DNA of 64,000 nucleotides from Pyrodictiaceae archaeon (GTDB lineage Archaea; Thermoproteota; Thermoprotei_A; Sulfolobales; Pyrodictiaceae): NCBI GenBank assembly GCA_027036135.1, contig JALVSY010000007.1, positions 516,880 to 580,879 of the forward strand, read 5' to 3'. Shown piece by piece: positions 40,177 to 48,141 of this stretch (position 1 is its first letter; each line of letters starts with the position of its first letter). The notes under the pieces were generated by a model. It saw only the letters and a program-made list of their open reading frames with translations, ran no database searches and was not told where the DNA came from. The position numbers and the translations under genes were made by a program.

Positions 40177-40479
40177 ATGGATGCGATAAGCCGCCTAGTA
40201 GACACCGTGTATACTGCCCTCAGCGTGGTGAGGAATGCCTGCAGAGACCCATGTACTAGGACTATTTGCGAAGAACTAGAGGATGCACTAATGCTCCTCC
40301 TAGACGAGGCTGGCGACACGGAGCAAGTAGCACCAATGGCTCTCCGCGCCGTGGAGCAAGCGGCAACGGCTCTTACAGAGGCAGCAGAGAAGGCTAGGAG
40401 GAATGGCTGTAGCCGCGCAGCAGTATTGTTCGAGCAGGCCGCGGAGCTTCTACGCAGCATAATACATAGTACCGTATAA
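40177..40479 (+). CDS. hypothetical helical protein
   Basis: 100-aa ORF preceded by GGAGG. Confidence 0.6.
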   Translation: MDAISRLVDTVYTALSVVRNACRDPCTRTICEELEDALMLLLDEAGDTEQVAPMALRAVEQAATALTEAAEKARRNGCSRAAVLFEQAAELLRSIIHSTV

Positions 40480-40574
40480 TTGAATACTATGGGGATAGGC
40501 TTATATAGAAGACTATAACCTATACTAGCCAGGAATACAGAGTAGCAATACTCCGCATATAATGGTGATATAAA

Positions 40575-41107
40575 ATGGTAGATGATATATATATATATCT
40601 AGGAGAAAATTTCTAAGCGGCCTCATTGCCTCATCAGCTTTAGTATTTCTATCCCCTATAGTTTCAACCGCTAGAAGTCTTAAGCCGCAAGAAAACGCTG
40701 GCCTAAAGATTGAAACCTCTATCGAGGGTGTGAAGGAATTTAACTTTGACCTCTATAAGCTACTCTACATAAAAAGCCATACCATAGTATCCCTTAAGGG
40801 ATTAAAGAAATATGATGCCAAGGTATCAGCTTTTACTCTAAGAGGCATTGTAAATGGTATGATGGAGCCTTCTATATTGTTTATAGATGAGAGCACTAGT
40901 GGTAAAACAACTATAATAGCCTATGCTGATGATGAGGAATACATGATAAAAAGCATTAATAAATCACAGCCTACCACTAAGAAAGTAATACTATCATTAC
41001 TAAACTCTATAGAAAGTGAAGCATCAAATAAAGGATTTAAAAAGCTAGTTAGATACATTGATATAATAAAGAAAAGTATAGAAGTAATTAAAGGTGATAC
41101 CCTATGA
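40575..41107 (+). pseudogene. Tat-signal protein, out of frame at an (AT)7 tract (possibly phase-variable)
   Basis: GGTGAT RBS then ATG 40575; removing one AT from 40585-40598 gives MVDDIYISRRKFLSGLIASSALVFLSPIVSTARS.. in frame with ORF 40730-41107. Confidence 0.75.
40585..40598. repeat. (AT)7 microsatellite
   Basis: ATATATATATATAT between the start codon and the SRRKFL codons. Confidence 0.9.
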
Positions 41108-41364
41108 CAAGCAAGGACGAGTTAAAAGCATTTTATATCGAAGAAAAAGATGTAGATGCCTATAATACACTATTTAGTAGAATTAGTGATATTGATGATC
41201 TTGATAAGAGTCCTAATATAGAGCCGGAGACATTTGTTGCACCAGTTACGGCAATTGTCTATGTAATAGGTCTTCATGATGTGATTATTGCTTTGAACTA
41301 CGGATTTTATGTTAACGCAGCCGTATATGAAAACTTATATAAATGGGTTCATGTATGGGGATAA
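41104..41364 (+). CDS. putative RiPP precursor peptide (acidic leader plus hydrophobic core)
   Basis: 86 aa; GGTGAT RBS; D/E-rich first half, V/I/A/Y/W-rich second half; directly upstream of a radical SAM gene. Confidence 0.75.
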   Translation: MTSKDELKAFYIEEKDVDAYNTLFSRISDIDDLDKSPNIEPETFVAPVTAIVYVIGLHDVIIALNYGFYVNAAVYENLYKWVHVWG

Positions 41365-41367
41365 GCT

Positions 41368-42387
41368 ATGATCCCTCGGCAAATTTCAATTATTTTCACG
41401 TATAAATGTAATTTCTTTTGCGATCATTGTTCCATGATGGCGTCTCCTAGCGAAAACATGGTTTTTGATTTTAGTCTATTTAAGAAAATTATTGATGAAG
41501 CGCGTGAAATCCCCTCAATATATACTATAGTGTTTACTGGTGGAGAACCAACACTTTATTTCAAGAAACTTTTACGATTTATAAACTATTCTTATGAGAA
41601 CGGTTTCAATACCCGCTTAATCACAAATGCTTGGTGGGCGTATTCGTACTCTTCTGCACTATCTATGGTACGTGAGCTAAGAAAGTCTGGCTTAAGAGAA
41701 ATTAACATAAGTTTTGATGATTTCCATTATTATTGGCTTAAGAAATATTATAAAGGCGAAGAAAATCTAGTAAATGCCGTCAAAGCCTCTCTTGAAGAGG
41801 GGCTTCGTACACTAATTGCTATAGCACGCTATAGTAGTGGTCAGAAAATAACAAAAAGTTATGTAGTAAATCTATTAAAGAAAGAAGGAGTGGATTTCAA
41901 AAGGATAATAATTTCTGAGGGGTATATATCGAAAATAGGACGAGCACTAAATGTACATACGACGTTCAATAGAGATGACTTAAATATTTTAAGAAACGAG
42001 GTTAGGAAACCATGTACCGAAATAGGTACTACAATAACGATTAAGCCGGATGGTAAAATACTTGCGTGTTGTGGGCATATAATTAGAACCAAAGCAGCTG
42101 ATCTATTTGAGGTTGGTAACGCGTATAACGATAGTCTTCGTGAAATCATTAAACGTCTATGGAGAAATATTCTCTTTTGGACAATTTATCTTAAGGGACC
42201 ATATTATGTACTAAAGAATATACTAGAGACAAATGATAATATAGAGGATAATTTTATCAGTAAATGCGAGATATGCTATCTTCTAGGAACAAAATTTAAA
42301 TCTAAACTTATTAATTATTTCTATAAGAATAAATATAATATAATTAATAGTCTAAGGATATATTATAAGGGATATAAAGATGAATAA
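41368..42387 (+). CDS. radical SAM enzyme with C-terminal Twitch/SPASM-type cysteines, EpeE/YydG (peptide epimerase)-like
   Basis: CNFFCDHC, FTGGEP, TNAWWA, ISFDDFH, C..PDG..ACC, CEIC; same motif order as B. subtilis EpeE as recalled. Confidence 0.8.
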   Translation: MIPRQISIIFTYKCNFFCDHCSMMASPSENMVFDFSLFKKIIDEAREIPSIYTIVFTGGEPTLYFKKLLRFINYSYENGFNTRLITNAWWAYSYSSALSMVRELRKSGLREINISFDDFHYYWLKKYYKGEENLVNAVKASLEEGLRTLIAIARYSSGQKITKSYVVNLLKKEGVDFKRIIISEGYISKIGRALNVHTTFNRDDLNILRNEVRKPCTEIGTTITIKPDGKILACCGHIIRTKAADLFEVGNAYNDSLREIIKRLWRNILFWTIYLKGPYYVLKNILETNDNIEDNFISKCEICYLLGTKFKSKLINYFYKNKYNIINSLRIYYKGYKDE

Positions 42388-42961
42388 GAAAGAAATATTC
42401 TTTATTTTAAGTTCTCTGGATGTTGGTAAGTATATGTATACAAATGCTAAGGTTTTATTATTTGCTATTATACCGATGATTGTAATAGCGGTAATAGTTT
42501 TTGTTACGGGCTTGCTTCAGTCTCCCGCGCTTCTGCATAACTTGGAAGCTGTTGTAACCTTTTTTGCTATTTTTGCTTTTATTGTTATTTTCCCTTTTAT
42601 TACCGTCTATATTAGTAGTGGGCATCGGTATATAGGTTACTGGGCCGAAGATTGTACTCTTTACGTAAGAACCATGGGTACTCTGAAGATTCCGCTTGAT
42701 AAGGCAGAGGTTCGTCTTGTGCCTTATGAGGAGTATAAGCCGGTGCTTCGTACGTGGGGTGTTGGTGTTCCTGGTATGGTGTATGGAAAGGTTATTCTAC
42801 GTGGTGGGAGAAAAGGGATAGCTCTTGTGTTTCGGCCGCAAAAGGACGCGATACTAATAACGTATCAGAACATGACTATTGTTATATCGCATCCAGGTAT
42901 TAGGGAGAGCTATGAGAAGTTGTTGAGATACCAGGAGGCGTGTATTAGGCGTGGTGGTTAG
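42380..42961 (+). CDS. membrane protein with two TM helices and a bacterial PH-like domain
   Basis: Two hydrophobic helices followed by LRTWGVGVPGMVYGKVIL (bPH_5-like). Confidence 0.65.
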   Translation: MNKKEIFFILSSLDVGKYMYTNAKVLLFAIIPMIVIAVIVFVTGLLQSPALLHNLEAVVTFFAIFAFIVIFPFITVYISSGHRYIGYWAEDCTLYVRTMGTLKIPLDKAEVRLVPYEEYKPVLRTWGVGVPGMVYGKVILRGGRKGIALVFRPQKDAILITYQNMTIVISHPGIRESYEKLLRYQEACIRRGG

Positions 42962-44303
42962 TTTTTCTCCAGGCTCCTTTCAGTATGTAGGCTAGGGCCT
43001 CCTCCCGGCTAACTCCCTGCTCCTGTGCTATCCGCTCGGCTAGTCTATGGAACCAGTCCCGGTGGAGCTTGTAGGATATGTGGAGCTCGTAGAGATGCAT
43101 AGCTGGGCAAGCCATACAGCCTATGCGGACAAGGCCCTCGTGGTACAATTGGTTTACCGGGAGGTTGCGCTCAAGCAAGAATAATTGGACGACGAGGCGC
43201 GGCCAGTGATAAATCGGCAACGCCCGGATAACGCCGGGTATCAAGGGGTTCTCGCCCAGCCTCGGGGTCTTTGCCCTGGTGGTGCTCTCCCATTTACGCG
43301 CACCATCGAGTACCAGCTTGACTCTCCTCTTCTCGTAGAATTCTCTCAGCGGGTTGAGCTTTAGGAGCCTCGTGCACCACCGGTTATCACGAGTCATGAA
43401 CCCTTTCTCGGCTATGAGCTCTACCGGGTCTAGCCCCGAGCCGATAATCTCCAGGTCAACGCCTATTATCGAGGCTATCTTCTCCACATAGGCCCTTGTC
43501 TCTGGATGCTCCATCCCAGTGTCGACGTAGACTGCGACAACGTTTTCCTGGCCAACAGCCTCGCGGGCAAGCTCCAGTAATGCCGTGGAGTCGGCGCCAC
43601 CGCTGAAAGCCACGTATAGCTTGCCCCTACTGGCTTGGTAGCGGGCATAGACTCTCCGGATGAACTCCCGGGCCTCGGAGGCGAGGGCCCCTGTTACCTC
43701 CTCGTTAGCCCTAACAAGGTCCTCAATGCTAGCCGGGCTTAGTGGTCTGAATCCCCGGGGCGCCATGTCCCGGACACGGGCGATGCACAGCTCTTGGCTC
43801 CTCTCCACTATGCTCGCGGGCCCGACCCAGCCTCTGCTTGCTACCAGTGCGCAGCCGTGCCGGGGGCAGTGCCTTAGTCTGAGCTTCTTCCCCTTGAGCC
43901 TGCCACGTACATTGACCTCCTCCACCACTGCTCCCAGGGACTCGGCGAGGCTAGCAGCAGCACCGCTAGGGTATAGGAGCCAGCCACTAGTCTCGCTGTA
44001 CTCTACTACGCCGAGCCTAGCGGCGTGTGCGAAGACTTCTGCCGCGTACTCGCCCCGGGGCGCGGGGATGCGGTGAAAGACTACGAGGTGGTCGCGGAGA
44101 CCGGGGCCCACGCCGAAGCAGCGCCTCGCGAGGCAATCAGTGATGTGTTTCTCGAAGCGCCCAGCTAGCCAGTAATCACCTCTCATTCTCCAACAAGTAC
44201 TCGTCCTCCTGCAACCAATCACTGGTACTGCTGGCTCCCTCCAGAACCCTAGCTGCTCCAGCACCCTCACTACCGCGTCGAACCCAGCCACAGCACCTAG
44301 CAC
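42945..44303 (-). CDS. PAPS reductase family (PP-loop) protein
   Basis: AFSGGADS, DTGME, WCTRLLKLNP, RIGCMACP. Confidence 0.85.
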   Translation of the reverse strand: MLGAVAGFDAVVRVLEQLGFWREPAVPVIGCRRTSTCWRMRGDYWLAGRFEKHITDCLARRCFGVGPGLRDHLVVFHRIPAPRGEYAAEVFAHAARLGVVEYSETSGWLLYPSGAAASLAESLGAVVEEVNVRGRLKGKKLRLRHCPRHGCALVASRGWVGPASIVERSQELCIARVRDMAPRGFRPLSPASIEDLVRANEEVTGALASEAREFIRRVYARYQASRGKLYVAFSGGADSTALLELAREAVGQENVVAVYVDTGMEHPETRAYVEKIASIIGVDLEIIGSGLDPVELIAEKGFMTRDNRWCTRLLKLNPLREFYEKRRVKLVLDGARKWESTTRAKTPRLGENPLIPGVIRALPIYHWPRLVVQLFLLERNLPVNQLYHEGLVRIGCMACPAMHLYELHISYKLHRDWFHRLAERIAQEQGVSREEALAYILKGAWRKTNHHA

Positions 44304-44398
44304 CCAGCGCCCCGGCTAGGCCCCTTTCTCATGTGTCCTAGTACTCTTACACCGCTCCCCTTATCCACCAATATACCTAGCCTGGAGGCCCTGGAGCA

Positions 44399-45817
44399 AT
44401 GATTGATCCGGTGAAGCACTATCTGCGCGGAGAAGTGGTCGCCGAGATGGCTGAGTGGCTGCGTGGCAGATGGGTGGCTATCGCTGGTAAGAAGGCCGGG
44501 GAGCAAGTATTCATAAGGCATAGTGGCCCGGGTAGGCCTCTACGCGTCCGTGGCCCAGATGAGCTCCGCAGAATAGTCCTCCGGTACAAGGGCTCTCTGC
44601 GCACCATCTATGGCTCAGTAAACATCTATGCCAGGCTGGAGACTGATAGGGACCTAGAGGATCCAGGAAACATAGTTGCTACGACGCCGTCATGGGACAT
44701 AGACACGGTTCTCGAGAAATGGAGCTACGCCCTGGAGGCGGCGAGAGTAATTATTGAGGCCCTCGAGGCCCACGGTGTTAGGCGCTCAGTCTACCTCCTG
44801 TGGAGCGGCGAGGGAGTCCACATACATATCAACGAGAATGCTTTCTCCGAGGATCTCCGTCGCCGCATACACCCCTTCAACGCCGCCTACGCGGTGGTTG
44901 AGTACATCTTGCTCGAGACCAGGCACCGGATAATAGAGTTGTCCAAGAAGAGCGGTGGCGTGCTGAAAGCGGAGAACATAATGGATGTGAAAAGAGTATT
45001 CACAGCCCCACTCTCGCTTCACCGCGAACACGACCTAGTAGCAGTGGTCTTCCCGCCAGAGAAGCTCGACGAATTCACACTGGACTGGGCCCGGCCCGAG
45101 ACAATGAAGCACTACCCCTATGCTTGGAGACGCTACGAGACGGGCGAGGCCGACGCGCTCGCAGAGGAGGCTGTCCGGAAGCTAGGACTACGCTACCAGC
45201 TATGGCGCGGCATACACGTGAAGAAAAGCGTCGTGACGGCACAGCCAGCGAGCACAACAAGCGCAGCGACTAGCACTAGTGGCGAGGAGAAGCCGAGGAT
45301 AGGGCGCTTCGAGACAATGGCCCTACTCCAGGCAGCAAGGTACTACGTGCTAACCGGTGACCTTGACAAGGCCAAGAGCTTTGGGCTCAACCGCGCAATT
45401 TTCTACGCCTGGGCAAAGTACTATGGCCCAAGCGGGCGCTACGCCAGGGTAGCAGCGACGAGGCAGAGCAACAGCGAGAAGAGATTCGTCAAGGTATTCG
45501 AGGAAGAGGTGCCGGTAGGCCCTAGCGGCTACTTCGAGATGGGAGGCAAGGAGCAGAGACCCGAGGACTTTGACCGGCAGATACGCTCTCGCTTCGAGCA
45601 GCTCATGTCATGGGAACAGGTCTGGAAGAAGACCATAGAGTATGTCTCCAAGTTCCCTAGGAGCGTCCTACGCGACCCACAGAAGTTCTACGAGGAAGTC
45701 TACCTCCCAGTAAGGGACAACTTCGTTGAGAAAGTATTGCTCGGGAAGGGAGAGGCACGGGGCCCGACACTACTAGACTTCCTAGGAAAAGAAAGGAAGG
45801 AGAAGAAGACCAAGTAA
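44399..45817 (+). CDS. AEP (archaeo-eukaryotic primase) superfamily-like protein with an extra C-terminal domain
   Basis: WDID, WSGEGVHIH, RVFTAPLSLH match AEP motifs I-III. Confidence 0.65.
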   Translation: MIDPVKHYLRGEVVAEMAEWLRGRWVAIAGKKAGEQVFIRHSGPGRPLRVRGPDELRRIVLRYKGSLRTIYGSVNIYARLETDRDLEDPGNIVATTPSWDIDTVLEKWSYALEAARVIIEALEAHGVRRSVYLLWSGEGVHIHINENAFSEDLRRRIHPFNAAYAVVEYILLETRHRIIELSKKSGGVLKAENIMDVKRVFTAPLSLHREHDLVAVVFPPEKLDEFTLDWARPETMKHYPYAWRRYETGEADALAEEAVRKLGLRYQLWRGIHVKKSVVTAQPASTTSAATSTSGEEKPRIGRFETMALLQAARYYVLTGDLDKAKSFGLNRAIFYAWAKYYGPSGRYARVAATRQSNSEKRFVKVFEEEVPVGPSGYFEMGGKEQRPEDFDRQIRSRFEQLMSWEQVWKKTIEYVSKFPRSVLRDPQKFYEEVYLPVRDNFVEKVLLGKGEARGPTLLDFLGKERKEKKTK

Positions 45818-45857
45818 CGCCTACTAATACCCTAGTCCTTGTTTCCCTCCTTCCCCG

Positions 45858-47099
45858 CTACTCTATGGTCAGCGCCTCTACGGCGTCAACAAGCTCATCC
45901 TCATCAATGGAGCCGTGCTTCTCAACGATATAGCGGACACTCATGCCGCAGGACTTCAGTATGTTTTCGAGCCTCTTACCAGCAGCTCCTCCCCAGCCAT
46001 AACTAGTGAGTATAACAACCCTCTGCCCGGCGCCAGTCTTGTCGCATAGGAGTTCGGCGATGTATTTCATCAGGGGGACTACGGAGGCCTCGTAAGTAGG
46101 TGCACCCACTACTAATAAGCTGGAGTCAATAGCGTCGCCGAGGACATCTGATACAAGGGCTCGCTCAGAGTCATTAAAGCCATAGACGCTTACCCGGTAG
46201 CCCTTCGAGGCAAGTAGCTCAGCAGCCCTCCTAGCAGCCTTCTCAACGCCGCCATACATGCTGACATATACCACAGTGGCCTTCGTAGCTATTGTGTGCT
46301 TCTCTCCCCAGAACCGATAAAGCTCAATAGCCCGGTCAACGTTCTCCTCCAGGACTAGGCCGTGTAGAGGCGCTACCGTGTTGAACAGGTTTCTATAGTC
46401 CTCTAGCTTATCCGTGCCCTTGACTACCCAGTCACGATAAGAACCTATAACGGTGGCGAAGTACTTCTTCATAAACCACGCATACTTCTCGAAATCAACG
46501 CCCCTATCACTTAGCTGGCTTGGCACCGAGTAGGCTCCGAAGACGTCACCGCTAAAGAGGACACCAAGTGGCTCAAGGATACTCATATATGTATCGGGCC
46601 AATGGAGCCAAGGAGTAGCAATGAACTCCAGTACATAGTCTCCTCCAAGCTCTAGCCGGAGCCCATTCCGCAGAGGACGATAATTATTGAGCTTCACGCC
46701 ATAAGTCTTCTCAATAATATTCCTAGCAACCGGGTGCGAATGAACAGCTATCTTCTCGTTCCTCTCTAGCAGCCGAGGTATAGCCCCGCTATGGTCAGGC
46801 TCGCTATGATGAACAACAAGGTCACTAATAGACCCAATATCAGTAATAGATTCAAGAGCCTCTAGAAAACAGTCAGCAAACCCAGCCTTAACAGTGTCCA
46901 GGAGCATAGTCTTCTCGGGCCCAGTAACTAGGTAGGAGTTATACGTTATGCCCTCCGGTATCTCCCACAAAGCCTCAAAGAACCTTATCCCCTTATCATT
47001 GACGCGGAGAACATAGAGATTGTCACGAAGCTTATCAACCAGTACCTCGCCATCATGGCCACAGGGATAGGTCTTCAGCACGGAGCACTCAACCCTCAA
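45858..47099 (-). CDS. fprA: flavodiiron protein (FprA family)
   Basis: GITYNSY, HSEPDHSG, WLHWPD, SGDVFG, PLHG, SMYG, SYGWGG. Confidence 0.93.
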   Translation of the reverse strand: MRVECSVLKTYPCGHDGEVLVDKLRDNLYVLRVNDKGIRFFEALWEIPEGITYNSYLVTGPEKTMLLDTVKAGFADCFLEALESITDIGSISDLVVHHSEPDHSGAIPRLLERNEKIAVHSHPVARNIIEKTYGVKLNNYRPLRNGLRLELGGDYVLEFIATPWLHWPDTYMSILEPLGVLFSGDVFGAYSVPSQLSDRGVDFEKYAWFMKKYFATVIGSYRDWVVKGTDKLEDYRNLFNTVAPLHGLVLEENVDRAIELYRFWGEKHTIATKATVVYVSMYGGVEKAARRAAELLASKGYRVSVYGFNDSERALVSDVLGDAIDSSLLVVGAPTYEASVVPLMKYIAELLCDKTGAGQRVVILTSYGWGGAAGKRLENILKSCGMSVRYIVEKHGSIDEDELVDAVEALTIE

Positions 47100-47160
47100 T
47101 TAACAAGAAGGAAGCCCCTGGAAAATTAATACAATACTCCTAGAAACACGCACGAAACCC

Positions 47161-47490
47161 CTAGCCCCCATCATCGCGGCCCTCTGGGTAGAGCCTTACG
47201 CGGTAAACACCATCAGTGACCGTGACATGTCTCTTGCCGCGATAAACCCTTAATCCCTTCTCACGAGCAATCCTAGCAACAACTTCAATATTGCTGCACT
47301 CAAGCTCAACATAATCTGGGTGATAATCTATGAGCAGCAAATGCCCCTTCTCAACAGCCCTACGCGTATAGCCCGTAGGGCGGCAATAATCGAGGAGAAA
47401 TCCCATATACTCGGGAACCGCGATCCCAGGAACAATCACTATCATCCTAGCGCCTAGCGGGCTTGGCTTCCTCTGCTTCTTAGGCGCCAA
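47161..47490 (-). CDS. hypothetical protein
   Basis: 109-aa ORF overlapping the end of the nucleotidyltransferase gene. Confidence 0.55.
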   Translation of the reverse strand: MAPKKQRKPSPLGARMIVIVPGIAVPEYMGFLLDYCRPTGYTRRAVEKGHLLLIDYHPDYVELECSNIEVVARIAREKGLRVYRGKRHVTVTDGVYRVRLYPEGRDDGG

Positions 47491-48031
47491 TCCTGACCCC
47501 CATTCTTCTAAGTATCTTTGTTAATTCCTTTTCTAGTCCTGCTTCGCTGGCCCGCTTGAGCAGGTAGTTTAGATCTATGTTTTTCACCTGGGCTATTACT
47601 CTCTTGACATCGCTTATATCCTTCTTTTCGCCTGACATTAGCTTAAGAATTACTAGGTCCTCTAGGCTGGGTAAGTACACGTTATCACATATGTCCTTGG
47701 AGCGCTTAATCCATTCTTCATCGAGAATTAGTGGAGCATAGTTTATGTCAACGTGTATGTCGTCCTCTACTAGTAGTCCCCATTTCCTCCATTGTACTTT
47801 GAACCCCTTACTCCGAAGCACATTAGTGATAGTGTCTCTAACATCCTTTGTGAAGGGCGAAGTTATGGTTAGATTCCAGTCTCGGGTCTCTCTCCCTATA
47901 TTTATGCCGTGTAGAAGTAATGCTCTTGCGCCTATTAGGAAAACTTTCATTCCAATACTTTCAAGTAAGTTTGCTATCTTAATTAGCGTAGATGGTAGGA
48001 TATTACATGATTCATTATGGCTCAAAAGCAT
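47480..48031 (-). CDS. minimal nucleotidyltransferase (MNT-like)
   Basis: IGARAL..HG..R.TRD, EDLVILKL..G..KD..D; AT-rich. Confidence 0.7.
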   Translation of the reverse strand: MLLSHNESCNILPSTLIKIANLLESIGMKVFLIGARALLLHGINIGRETRDWNLTITSPFTKDVRDTITNVLRSKGFKVQWRKWGLLVEDDIHVDINYAPLILDEEWIKRSKDICDNVYLPSLEDLVILKLMSGEKKDISDVKRVIAQVKNIDLNYLLKRASEAGLEKELTKILRRMGVRIGA

Positions 48032-48141
48032 ATTTCACCCAGATCGTACAAAGCTTCAATTACCAATAACCTCGCTCCTTTGAAGCCACGGGCCCTATGT
48101 CATAATATAGTAACCAGGGGACGTTATAGTATAAGTCCGTT

